Positions 19,071 through 28,444 of a stretch of 35,454 nt of DNA are shown one piece after another. The position numbers and the translations under genes were made by a program. The DNA lies in NCBI GenBank assembly GCA_963582235.1, contig CAUZRT010000003.1:1-35454 (forward strand), in the 5' to 3' direction. This DNA is from Lentisphaeria bacterium (GTDB lineage Bacteria; Verrucomicrobiota; Lentisphaeria; JABSQK01; CAJWLW01). The notes beneath the pieces are model-generated. The model made no database searches. It saw only the letters and a program-made list of their open reading frames with translations, and was not told where the DNA came from. Position 1 is the stretch's first letter; the number at the start of each line of letters is the position of its first letter.

Positions 19071-21467
19071 CTACCGAATCTCGATCGGCAGTTCCTGCGC
19101 CAGGCGGGCCTTCAGAGCTTCGTGAGCATCGTTCACTTCCTCATCCTTCAACGTCCTTTCCGACGACCGGAAGGTGAGCGAGTAGGCCATGCTTTTCCGA
19201 TTCGGGCCGAGCGTTTTGTCATCTCGAAACACATCGAAAAGCTCGGTCTTTTCCAAAATGTCGATTCTTGTGCCGTTGATGACATCGAGCACCTGCTGAT
19301 GCAATAGCCCTTCGGCGGTGACGAACGAGACGTCGCGGTTGGTGGCCGGAAACTGCGGCAGCGACCGATACCGTGACGGCTCTGATTCGCTTGCCCATAA
19401 AACATCGATCTGAACAAGGGCCAGAAAAAGCGGATTGGCAATACGCATATCGGCGACGAGCGTGTCGGCGATGCAGCCAAAAACGGCGGCCGACTTACCG
19501 TTGACAGCCAGTTCGGCGCAGATGCCCGGACGTAACGCGGGATGCTCCGTGGGCCGGATCACATAGCTGCCGGTCCGGCGCCTTGCCATCCAATCTTCGA
19601 GGAGGCCGCGCAGATCGCAAAACTGATAGACTTCCGTTTTCTCGTCGGAATACCTTTCCGGATGCCGACGACCGGTCAGTGCGATGCACGCCTCTTGCCG
19701 CTCTTCGGTGTACGCATCGCTGTGGCAATAGACACGGCCGAGTTCGAACAGAGCCAGATCGCTGTTGCCATGGGCGATGTTGTGCGCCACCGTGCGCAGC
19801 ATCCCGGAGAGCAGGGACGGCCGCATGACCGCGACTTCGGTGCTCAGGGGATTTTCCAGCGGAATCAGCTCGTCACTGTCAAAGCCGGTGCCGGTCGCCG
19901 CTTCGCGGGCCCCGGTGAGGCTCTGGGACATACATTCGAAAAGCCCCAACTCGATCAACTCATTACGGACCCTTTCATCGGCGTAATAGGCGTCGTCGGT
20001 CCTTTCGCCGCCGAGAATCGACGCCGACATGGACGATGGAATCGTGTCCAGCCCATGGACGCGGGCGACCTCCTCGATGAGATCCGCCTCCCGTGTCAGA
20101 TCTAGGCGAAACGAGGGGATCGCCGCAACACATTTGTCGCCGCCGGCGGTCTTGATTGTCATTCCCAGGTTGCTCAGGATGGCACGCACACGGTCGGGTT
20201 CGATGGCTACGCCAAGCATGCGTGCAACCCGGTCGTAACGGCAGACGACTTCGGGTGCGTGGTAGGCCGCGGTACGGACATCAAACTTTCCCGATGCCAA
20301 TGTGCCGCCGGCCAGCTGACATATCAGCTTCGCCGCCCGGGCACTGGCGAATTCTACCATTTCCACATCGGTACCGCGCTCGAAGCGATAGGACGAGTCA
20401 GTCGACAGGCCCAGCCGTTTCGACGTCATACGGATATTTCGGGCGTCAAAGGCCGCACTTTCGAGGAGCACCGTCTGCGTCGAGTCCTCGATCTCGCTGT
20501 TTTCGCCGCCCATCACACCGGCCAACGCGACACCGCCATCGCTATCGGCAATCAACAGATTGTCGCGCGAAAGGCCATGTTCCTGACCGTCGAGCGTACG
20601 GATCGTCTCGGCGTCGACGGCACGCCGGATGATGAGCCGGCAGCCCGCCAGTTTTCGGCAGTCGAACGCGTGCAGCGGCTGCCCGCATTCCATCAGCACG
20701 AAATTGGTGATATCGACAACACTGCTGATCGGCCGCAGCCCGACGGCGCGCAGATATTTCTGCATCCATTCCGGGCTCGGCCCGATGCGCACGTCCTTGA
20801 TGAGCCGGCCGATATAGCGCGGACAGAGGTCAGGGTCGGCGACTTCGATGCTGAATTCCTTGTCGATGGCGGTCGGATCGGCTTCCGGAAGCTCAATATC
20901 CGGGAGGCGCAAACCGGTCCCGGTCAAGGCTGCGATTTCGCGTGCAATACCGAGATGCGACAACCAGTCAGGCCGATTCGGCGTCACTTCCCAATCAATG
21001 ACGGTGTCGGTCCCCATGTACTCGCGGAGCGGCATGCCGATCACCGCATCTTCGGGCAGAATCATGATCCCGGTGTGATCGTCCCCAATCTCGAGCTCGC
21101 GTTCGCTACACAGCATTCCGTACGAGCTCTCGCCGCGAATCTTTGCCTTGGTCAGTTCCATACCGTTCGGCAGGATGGTGCCGACATGGGCGAGAATCGC
21201 TTTACGGCCGGCGTCACAGTTCGGCGCGCCGCAGACGACCGATACGCCGCCGTTGCTGCCGTCGTTTACTTCACAGACACTGAGCCGGTCGGCGTTTGGA
21301 TGCTGCGTTCGTGAAACTATCTCTGCAACGACGATCGAGTCCGGAAAATCACCGATCGTCTCGATGCTCTCCACTTCGAGCCCTGCCATGGTCAGCCTTG
21401 CCGCCAGTTCCTGCGGCGACCAGGGCGTTTCAACATATTCTTTGAGCCAGTTATAGGACGTCTTCAT
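19071..21467 (-). CDS. pheT: Phenylalanine--tRNA ligase beta subunit
   Basis: HPNADRL, VCGAPN, TPNRPD, GQPLHAFD, RFERG, DLIEEVAR and an FDX-ACB C-terminus. Start at ATG 21467. Confidence 0.98.
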   Translation of the reverse strand: MKTSYNWLKEYVETPWSPQELAARLTMAGLEVESIETIGDFPDSIVVAEIVSRTQHPNADRLSVCEVNDGSNGGVSVVCGAPNCDAGRKAILAHVGTILPNGMELTKAKIRGESSYGMLCSERELEIGDDHTGIMILPEDAVIGMPLREYMGTDTVIDWEVTPNRPDWLSHLGIAREIAALTGTGLRLPDIELPEADPTAIDKEFSIEVADPDLCPRYIGRLIKDVRIGPSPEWMQKYLRAVGLRPISSVVDITNFVLMECGQPLHAFDCRKLAGCRLIIRRAVDAETIRTLDGQEHGLSRDNLLIADSDGGVALAGVMGGENSEIEDSTQTVLLESAAFDARNIRMTSKRLGLSTDSSYRFERGTDVEMVEFASARAAKLICQLAGGTLASGKFDVRTAAYHAPEVVCRYDRVARMLGVAIEPDRVRAILSNLGMTIKTAGGDKCVAAIPSFRLDLTREADLIEEVARVHGLDTIPSSMSASILGGERTDDAYYADERVRNELIELGLFECMSQSLTGAREAATGTGFDSDELIPLENPLSTEVAVMRPSLLSGMLRTVAHNIAHGNSDLALFELGRVYCHSDAYTEERQEACIALTGRRHPERYSDEKTEVYQFCDLRGLLEDWMARRRTGSYVIRPTEHPALRPGICAELAVNGKSAAVFGCIADTLVADMRIANPLFLALVQIDVLWASESEPSRYRSLPQFPATNRDVSFVTAEGLLHQQVLDVINGTRIDILEKTELFDVFRDDKTLGPNRKSMAYSLTFRSSERTLKDEEVNDAHEALKARLAQELPIEIR

Positions 21468-21799
21468 TGGCCGATATAATCCGCTTTGTATCGGGGACAA
21501 CAGGTAATATAGATCAAGAGTCGCCGCGTGGCACGGCAGGGGACATCGGTCAGCCACTAATTACGCAATGCCCCTCACGTCGTATCAAGAAGCTGCTCGA
21601 ATTTCCTGACTGTATCGTGCAGTCGACCGGTCGTGCGATTGCCGGGCCCCAGGGGCATTTGGCCGGCGATAACTGGCACAGCGGAGAATCGATACCATCT
21701 TCTTTATCTCCGCATTGCCGCGCGCACGATCGAGATGTACCGTCAAAGCAAACGTCCTCAACGTAGGCCGTCAACGACGGGCCGTTGGCCGGGGTATAC

Positions 21800-22704
21800 G
21801 TCCGCCGCACGCACTTATCACATTCTGAGCGATGGGCAACGGTTACGCCTGGTACCCGCTATGGCCGATCCACCTGCAGCTGACAAAGATATTGGCGGTT
21901 TTTCTTTGCTGCTGTGCTGGTCTGCTGTTTCAAAGCAACGCCCGCATTTTCGCTGTCTGGTCGGGCTTCGGCGTTTACGGGCTTTACGGCGGAATCCTGC
22001 TACTCTGCGGGCTCAAGGAATGGCTGGATTCGGAGCATATGGGGCTCGGGCGAAACAAGATCTTTGGGATGATGATGGCGGCTCTCTTTGTGCTGATTGC
22101 CGAGGCCTGTGAGAAAGCACGGATTCGGCAGTGGGCCAATACGGTTTACCTTTTCTTTCCCCTGCCGGCCGCCTTTTTTCTCACAGTGCTCGCCCGGTAC
22201 GGCGCCGAGGAATGGTGACACACCGCGGATGGCTGGCCCGATGAAGCGACGAATCTGTTTCTGATGGCCAGCGGCGCCGTATACGCGCTGGTGGCCGTCG
22301 GCAATCTGCGTTCGCCGCGGGGGGGGGTACGTGCGCAATGTGGGGCGGTTACCTCCTGCTGCTGGTGCCGCTGAGCCTGCTGTTTTTCCGTCAAATATTC
22401 CATTCCACGAAAACGACTGGGTGATCGGCAGGCTCTGCAGTCGTGACTTCACGGTGTACGAGCTCGCCGCGGCGCTCATCGCCATCGCCCTCTGTCATAG
22501 CCGGTACCCGCGTAAGACAGACAGGCGCTCGCGATCCCGGGCCTCATCGGACTCGTGGTTTTCCTCTTTCGCGTCACCGCTTTGCACTTCGAAGCGATGA
22601 TTGCATGGCCGACATCCCGATTGACCATCGGCACTGTGCTGATGGCGACGGGGTTACTTCTTACTGTGTGGCGTGGCACGCGCCCGCATGGCCTCGAGCG
22701 TTGA
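21800..22704 (+). pseudogene. Degraded multi-pass membrane protein gene
   Basis: The hydrophobic ORF 21832..22218 continues as TM-like segments in shifting frames (NLFLMASGAVYALVAV; MWGGYLLLLVPLSLLF; YELAAALIAIAL; ALAIPGLIGLVVFLF...TIGTVLMATGLLLTVW...*) to TGA 22702-22704. The 5' limit is uncertain. Confidence 0.6.
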
Positions 22705-22809
22705 CGGCCGAGAGAAGGCCCCGTGCCGGGTCGAGGGAATCAAGGGTTTCTGAATGAGCTCTTCTGATCGCGCAACCGTGGGAAATTCTTCTTACCCCAG
22801 CGCGGTACC

Positions 22810-23235
22810 TCATCTCTTCTCCAGGCTGCGGAATTCATTGACATGTTCTGACTCGAGTTCCACTTGCTTTCTGAGAAACTCGAGAACCTTCGCTTCCGCG
22901 CCGTCACGCTCAGCAAATTCGAGCAACTCTCTGTAGCCCTCCAGGGCTGCCTCCTCAATTGTAAGAACGTCGTGGACGGCATCATCCGGCGTCGCCGGCG
23001 GCTGCTCGCAGTCCACCCGGACGCTCAGTCGGGGGACGCCGTTCAGATCTCGAATCATTGCCGCCAGCCATTCGGCGTGCTCGATGGTCTCTTCGAAGGC
23101 CTCCTGCAGGTGTGTAATGACGTCGCCGTTATCCGACTCCATGGTCACCTTCAAGTACAGGTATCGCACAGCCGCTTCGACTTCCTCGGCCAACATGCCA
23201 TTCAGCTCGTCAACCACATTGATAGGACTTTTCAT
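22810..23235 (-). CDS. Ferritin-like (bacterioferritin-type) diiron protein
   Basis: E..A..RY, EETIEHA, EEAALEGY and ESEH carboxylate/His pattern. ATGA overlap with the upstream regulator. Confidence 0.8.
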   Translation of the reverse strand: MKSPINVVDELNGMLAEEVEAAVRYLYLKVTMESDNGDVITHLQEAFEETIEHAEWLAAMIRDLNGVPRLSVRVDCEQPPATPDDAVHDVLTIEEAALEGYRELLEFAERDGAEAKVLEFLRKQVELESEHVNEFRSLEKR

Positions 23236-23801
23236 TTGCTGTCAAGTTTGGATTCAGGGTTCGGCATAAGATCGGTGATGGGCCGGCTCGCCAACCGGCT
23301 CAGGCATTCGGATTCACAGTACGGGCAAGCTTCAACGTTCTCGTCGCAGACGGTTTCATAATCCCCGAGAGCGCGGATGAAGCCTGACGCTTCCCGGACA
23401 CCGGACGCCGTAAAGCGCAGCACGTTTATGAGTCTTTGGGATGTTTGACCGGACAGCAGGTGCTCTACTTTGCATGCATCGATATCGGCCTGTTCATCCG
23501 CTACTCCGAGGACATCTGTCAGAAACCTGGCAATGAGAGCGTGGCGTGCCCGGATTGTATCGGCGATCTGCTGTCCCTCGGCACTCAGGTGAAGAAATCG
23601 ATGTTCATCCTGTATCACGAGATGCTGTGACTTGAGCGACTTGATAGTCAATGACACACTGCCCCGCGTGATCTCGAGATATCTGGCAACATCAGACACC
23701 CGGGCGTAGCCGTACTGCTTCATGAGCGAATCGATCGCCATCAGGTGGTGCGCGGCGGAGTGTGTGATGCTGTTTTGTTCGAATTTCTTCCAGGTATCCA
23801 C
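23232..23801 (-). CDS. DtxR/MntR family metal-dependent regulator with a Cys-rich tail
   Basis: ARVSDVARYLEITRGSVS wHTH, RH...FL..VLGV and DACKVEH motifs. C-terminal C-x6-CPYC-x3-C. Confidence 0.88.
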   Translation of the reverse strand: MDTWKKFEQNSITHSAAHHLMAIDSLMKQYGYARVSDVARYLEITRGSVSLTIKSLKSQHLVIQDEHRFLHLSAEGQQIADTIRARHALIARFLTDVLGVADEQADIDACKVEHLLSGQTSQRLINVLRFTASGVREASGFIRALGDYETVCDENVEACPYCESECLSRLASRPITDLMPNPESKLDSK

Positions 23802-23911
23802 GGTAACCCAAACGGTGTGATAGACCGACTACTACCAATCAAATATTAGACACCGAAGATGGTGCAACAAATCGCGCCCTACAATTCCGGAAATCCGAGG
23901 CCGGCGGTGAA

Positions 23912-24691
23912 TCACCACTTCTTCCGTATCGGCGTACCGGCGGCAATGAGATCCTTCTTGATGGCGGCAATAGTGTACTCACCGGTATGAATCATGCTCG
24001 CAATGATGGCGGCATCGGCCTGGCCGACACGAAAGACATCGGCGAGATGCTGTGTTGTGCCGCCGCCGCCCGAGGCGACGACCGGAATACGCACATTGGT
24101 CGCAATGAGCCGCGTCAGGTTGAGCTCGAAGCCCTCCCGCGTACCGTCGGCATCAACGGAATTGACCACGATTTCGCCAGCGCCCAGATCTTCCGCCTGC
24201 CTCGCCCACGTCAGGGCGTCCATGCCGGTGTGTTCACGAAAGCCGCGGATGGTTATTTCGTAACCGCTCGGGCACGACGCCGTGTCGTCGGTTCGCACCG
24301 GGTCCATCCCGAGAACGATACATTGCGAACCAAAGGCCTTGGCGCCCTCGGCAATTATCGGCGGATTCCGCACCGCCAGCGAATTGACCGAGACCTTTTC
24401 GGCACCGGCGAGCAGAACCCGGTACATGTCGTCCAGATCGGATATGCCGCCGCCGACAGCGAACGGGATGCGAATCGCGCGCGCGACATCGGCCACCATG
24501 TCGATATCGATGGGACGCCGTTCCGCGGACGCGGTAATGTCGTAGAACACCAACTCGTCACAGCCGCCGTCGCTGTATGTCACCGCCATCTCGACCGGAT
24601 CGCCGAGGTCGATGTTGTTTTGAAACTTGACGCCCTTCGTAACGACCCGGTTGCGGACATCGAGGCAGGGAATGATGCGCTTGGTCAACAT
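23912..24691 (-). CDS. hisF: Imidazole glycerol phosphate synthase cyclase subunit
   Basis: KRIIPCLDV, GDPVE, DELVFYDITAS, VGGGI, DGTREG and ASGG motifs. Confidence 0.97.
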   Translation of the reverse strand: MLTKRIIPCLDVRNRVVTKGVKFQNNIDLGDPVEMAVTYSDGGCDELVFYDITASAERRPIDIDMVADVARAIRIPFAVGGGISDLDDMYRVLLAGAEKVSVNSLAVRNPPIIAEGAKAFGSQCIVLGMDPVRTDDTASCPSGYEITIRGFREHTGMDALTWARQAEDLGAGEIVVNSVDADGTREGFELNLTRLIATNVRIPVVASGGGGTTQHLADVFRVGQADAAIIASMIHTGEYTIAAIKKDLIAAGTPIRKKW

Positions 24692-24756
24692 GCCGAATCA
24701 AGATTACACGCACATGCCAACTTGCAAGGCTGCGGCTTCAGATACTGATTCGAATT

Positions 24757-24993
24757 TCAGCGGGAAACCAGGATATTCCGGAGTCGCTGATATAGGGATG
24801 AAGGCACGTCAGAGGAGAACGTGATGCGACCCGCGTGAGATATCCATATCTCTCCATTGGCAACGGTACCGGGCGCACAGACGTCAGAAACATCTGCCAG
24901 AACTCGGGACTTGAACTTGCCCTTGATCGCTTCCGCACGGGATTCACGTATGCGTATCGCAGACTCAGCGAAAAAACGGTGGATTAGTTTCAT
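24757..24993 (-). CDS. Small protein, DUF3634-like
   Basis: 78 aa from ATG 24993. Pattern I-x-I...KG...DV...G-x-I...FS-x-x-VP...QRLRNI recalled from DUF3634, not searched. Confidence 0.5.
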   Translation of the reverse strand: MKLIHRFFAESAIRIRESRAEAIKGKFKSRVLADVSDVCAPGTVANGEIWISHAGRITFSSDVPSSLYQRLRNILVSR

Positions 24994-25063
24994 GGCCGGT
25001 CCACCAAGGGACACGACGAAGTGCGACCGTACACGTGGGGCGGACACCTCGCCATGCTTTCTT

Positions 25064-25174
25064 TCAAGGGGTCCTTTTCTGTTGATTCTCCAGCTTCTTT
25101 TTTTCCTTTTTTGCCTGTTTGTTCATCTTCTGTTTCTGGGCCCTTTCCTTATCCTTCTTGCCTTTCTCTCCCAT
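25064..25174 (-). CDS. 36-aa lysine-rich small protein
   Basis: AAAAAGGAGG SD 6 nt before ATG; MGEKGKKDKERAQKQKMNKQAKKEKKKLENQQKRTP*. Below the ORF-track cutoff. Confidence 0.65.
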   Translation of the reverse strand: MGEKGKKDKERAQKQKMNKQAKKEKKKLENQQKRTP

Positions 25175-25273
25175 TGCGTACCTCCTTTTTCTGTTGTGCC
25201 TCATCTTCTCGCCGCGAGGGCGCCGCTACGTCGTCAGTTCTGTCTTTGCCGATTTTCATGAGTATTTCTGCTT

Positions 25274-25333
25274 GGCCACCGAATCAGCTGAGGCGCGGCG
25301 TACTAGCCGTTGCCTCGATCGGCCTGATTGTCT
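25274..25333 (+). mobile_element. Degenerate integron attC-like site
   Basis: 60 bp. GGCCACC (near RYYYAAC), then the hairpin GAGGCGCGGC-GTACTA-GCCGTTGCCTC, then ATTGTCT (near GTTRRRY). Both cores are mutated. Confidence 0.45.
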
Positions 25334-25471
25334 GCCGGCCCGGCCCCAGCCGCTTATCAGCGGTACTCGTAGTACCATGCCACAGCTTCCGAGCAATTAC
25401 CAGTACCGGCTTGGCTGGGTAGTAAGACAGTCAACGACAACGGCAGCCCCACGATGGATGCCGGGATAGTC

Positions 25472-25545
25472 GAAGCGCCGGGTGCAGAGCCACATGCACG
25501 GTGGTGTGGGAGGGGCGTGCCGTGAGGGGGCGTCCCTATCCCGAT
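25472..25545 (+). mobile_element. Group IIC intron 3' remnant (domains V-VI)
   Basis: GAAGCGCCGGGTGCAGAGCCACATGCACGGTGGTGT (short DV with CGC triad), then GGGAGGGGCG...CGTCCCTATCCCGAT (DVI with bulged A and the class-C end). No RT ORF. Confidence 0.75.
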
Positions 25546-25903
25546 CGGCTCTATGCATTCTTCCCTCGGCCAAATAGGCGTGAGAAGAACGCGGATATTG
25601 CGTACTTCGGCCTCCCTCGGCCGCGTTCTACATCGTAGTGGCCACCGTCTCCTCTAGTGAGAGCGCCCGATCTCTTTGTGAGGTCGGGAGTTTTCTTTTC
25701 ATTCGAGCCGGCTTCACCGTTTACGGATCCGCCTGCGGTGGAATGCCGGCTTCTCATGTTTGCTGCAGTTGCGTCTCTCGGCATTCGTTCGGGTCAGACC
25801 GCGGTCTTGGGAAGCCGGCAGGAATTCCGGATGATCCGCGAATTGTCCATATCGACCTATTCGTCATCCATCCATTCGTAATCGGCCTCAATTGCATAAG
25901 CGC

Positions 25904-26491
25904 CTAAACCAACGGGTAGGTGTCGATGTCCGTGTGCGTTGGCCCCGCGGACGACAGTACCGAGCGTTTGAGCTTGAACTCCGTGACTGCGAATTCGAGG
26001 CTGGGCATGACAAAACCGTCTACCGTCTGCAAAAGGCGGCGGCGGTCGGCAATCGATTTGACACGGGCGATGGTCAGGTGACTCATGAACCGGCGCTCGG
26101 GTTCGAATGCTGGAGAGAGTGCCGAGTCGACGCGGCGCTGCAGGCCCACGATCGGTTCGCCGGCAATGTGGATCCAGACGATCCGAATCTGACCGTGACC
26201 GGAAAAAACACCGAGTTCCCCCAGAGCCGCCTCGAACGGCGGCAGCGAAACGTCGCGCAGGGCCGCACGAATCGGTTCCACGCCACCGGTCGACACCTCG
26301 CCGAGAAACTTCATCGTCAGGTGCAGGTTCAGCGGTTTCGTGAACCGGCCCTTGAACAATGAGTGCGACGCCAGTTCCTTCTGTATACGGGTGACTTCGT
26401 CAACCACCGGGTCGGGTAAATCAACGACAATAAAGAGCCGCTTCCGGACGCTATCCTTTTCGTTTTCATCCGCCCTCTTCGCCGTGCTCAT
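25904..26491 (-). CDS. thpR: RNA 2',3'-cyclic phosphodiesterase (2H family)
   Basis: RLFI, two HxT motifs (NLHLTMKFLG, FMSHLTIAR) and LKRSVL. Confidence 0.92.
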   Translation of the reverse strand: MSTAKRADENEKDSVRKRLFIVVDLPDPVVDEVTRIQKELASHSLFKGRFTKPLNLHLTMKFLGEVSTGGVEPIRAALRDVSLPPFEAALGELGVFSGHGQIRIVWIHIAGEPIVGLQRRVDSALSPAFEPERRFMSHLTIARVKSIADRRRLLQTVDGFVMPSLEFAVTEFKLKRSVLSSAGPTHTDIDTYPLV

Positions 26492-27264
26492 GGGGATCCG
26501 CCCGTTGATGGTTCCGTCACCACATCCAGCAGCAGTTTCGGGTCATCCGTCATTATGCCGTCGACGCCGCTGCGAATCGCACTCTCCATAGCCGGTCGGT
26601 CATTCACGGTCCACGCGCACACCCACTGGCCGCGCCCGTGAAAGGCCGTGACAAGTTCCCGGGTCACCATTCCGGCTTCCGGGTGAAACCCGGCGACCCA
26701 TGGCGGCGGGTCGCCGGGTTCGGCCGCTGTGGTGCCCAGAACCAGCCGCGAATCCGATCGATGCAGGCGATCGATGATGCCCGGATCAAAGCTGTGGAGG
26801 ACAACGGAATACCGCATTCCGGCCGCGTCCAGATCGTCAAGCAGGAGGTCTTCGAGTTCGCGGGAATAGATGCCGGGGTCGCACTTGATCTCGATCATGG
26901 GCAGGGCCTTCCCACGTACCAGTGCCAGCGCCTGCGGCAATGTCGGGATCCGTTCGCCGCGGAAGCGGGGCGCGAACCAGGCGCCGGCGTCGAGGGTCCG
27001 CAGCTCTTTGAGCGACCGCTCATGGACCGGGCCGTGTCCATCCGAACATCGTTGCAGATCGGCGTCGTGAATGACCACGATCTGTCGGTCCCGGCTCATG
27101 CGAATATCGAATTCGACGGCATCCACCCCGAGCTCGATCGCGGCGCGCATGGCGCTGATCGTGTTTTCGGGGGCCCGCATGCGATCACCGCGATGAGCAC
27201 ACACCGCGATATCTCGCTGTCGGCGTTCGCTGTCCGTCATCATGGCGGCCAACCTGACATTCAT
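26488..27264 (-). CDS. Glycerophosphodiester phosphodiesterase
   Basis: AHRG, PENT, EFDI, VIHD, IEIK, WTVN and GIMTD motifs. The start is uncertain. Confidence 0.93.
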   Translation of the reverse strand: MNVRLAAMMTDSERRQRDIAVCAHRGDRMRAPENTISAMRAAIELGVDAVEFDIRMSRDRQIVVIHDADLQRCSDGHGPVHERSLKELRTLDAGAWFAPRFRGERIPTLPQALALVRGKALPMIEIKCDPGIYSRELEDLLLDDLDAAGMRYSVVLHSFDPGIIDRLHRSDSRLVLGTTAAEPGDPPPWVAGFHPEAGMVTRELVTAFHGRGQWVCAWTVNDRPAMESAIRSGVDGIMTDDPKLLLDVVTEPSTGGSP

Positions 27265-27486
27265 GGCGGCGGCACCCACTGGTGTTTGTTTTCCATTGCG
27301 GTAATGATATACTTAAGGACGCAGGAGTGTAACTGTCAAATTGGAATCGCAAGTCTTAGGACACCCGGTTTCTCTTCCGGCCAGTGTTGATTCTTTGCCG
27401 CTCGTTATTGGTTGCCTCTGGTGTTGTATAACCAAATGACGGTTCCGGTTTGAATCGATCCCGGACCGCCTACCGAGCATCATCCA

Positions 27487-27933
27487 ATGCGAATTCTCGT
27501 ACTGAACGGCCCGAATCTTAACCTGCTGGGCACGCGGCAAAAGAGCATATACGGGAATAAAGATCTGGACTGGATCAAGGATCGCCTGGAAAAAACGGCC
27601 GCTGAACTGGGTCTGCAAATCGATTTCCGTCAGAGCAACGACGAAGGGAAATTGGTGGACTGGATCGGTGCGGCTGCCGGTCAGTTTGACGGCATGGTCA
27701 TCAATCCGGCTGCCTACACCCACACCAGCGTCGCCATCCCGGACGCCATTGCGGCAGTCCAACTGCCGAGCATCGAGGTCCACATCAGTAACGTCCACGC
27801 CCGCGAGGAGTTTCGCAAACACTCGTTTTTGGCGCCTGTCTGTGTCGGCCAGATATGCGGTCTGGGTCCGGACGGATATGAGTGGGCGCTACGCGCATTG
27901 CACCGGTACTTGAGCAAACAGGGAGAAGCGTGA
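27487..27933 (+). CDS. aroQ: Type II 3-dehydroquinate dehydratase
   Basis: LNGPNLNLLG, QSN, INPAAYTHTS and EVHISNVHAREEFR motifs. Confidence 0.97.
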   Translation: MRILVLNGPNLNLLGTRQKSIYGNKDLDWIKDRLEKTAAELGLQIDFRQSNDEGKLVDWIGAAAGQFDGMVINPAAYTHTSVAIPDAIAAVQLPSIEVHISNVHAREEFRKHSFLAPVCVGQICGLGPDGYEWALRALHRYLSKQGEA

Positions 27934-27935
27934 GG

Positions 27936-28430
27936 ATGAATCTGAAGGAAATTGCCAAGATCGTCGAGCTCATGGCCGAGCATGATCTTACCGAATTCGA
28001 CATAAAATGTGACGACATTACTTTGACCATAAAACGCAAGCGAAGCCACGAAGGCCCCGCAACAGCGTTGGTGACGGCGATCCCGAATATGCAGCCCGTC
28101 GCTACTCAGCCGCCGATCGTGGCGCCAGTCCCGCTGCCAGTTGCGGCGCCGGTTCAAGCGGCCGCCGCCGCGACGGCCGCCGATAACCACCGCGAGTGCA
28201 TCGAATCACCGGTACTTGGAACATTCTACCGGGCCCCCTCCCCGGACGCGGATCCCTTCGTCAACATCGGCGATCATGTCGAGGTCGGACAGGTTGTCTG
28301 CATCGTTGAGGCGATGAAGCAGATGAATGAAGTTACCACCGACAAGAAGGGCACCATCTGCGAGGTCCTCGTCGAGAACGGCAAGCCAGTCGAATTCGGC
28401 CAACCGCTCTTTGCGATTGAACCGCAGTAG
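27936..28430 (+). CDS. accB: Acetyl-CoA carboxylase biotin carboxyl carrier protein
   Basis: Pro/Ala linker, SP..GTFYRAPSP, the EAMK biotinylation site and VEFGQPLF. Confidence 0.96.
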   Translation: MNLKEIAKIVELMAEHDLTEFDIKCDDITLTIKRKRSHEGPATALVTAIPNMQPVATQPPIVAPVPLPVAAPVQAAAAATAADNHRECIESPVLGTFYRAPSPDADPFVNIGDHVEVGQVVCIVEAMKQMNEVTTDKKGTICEVLVENGKPVEFGQPLFAIEPQ

Positions 28431-28444
28431 GTGGCCGTCTGCCT

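Noticed and set aside
21468-21800. pheT without an adjacent pheS
   Set aside because: Split pheS/pheT occurs in several lineages, and no pheS remnant is visible.
23802-23911. DtxR/MntR operator upstream of the regulator
   Set aside because: Only a weak palindrome (GATAGACC...CCAATC), too far from known boxes to call.
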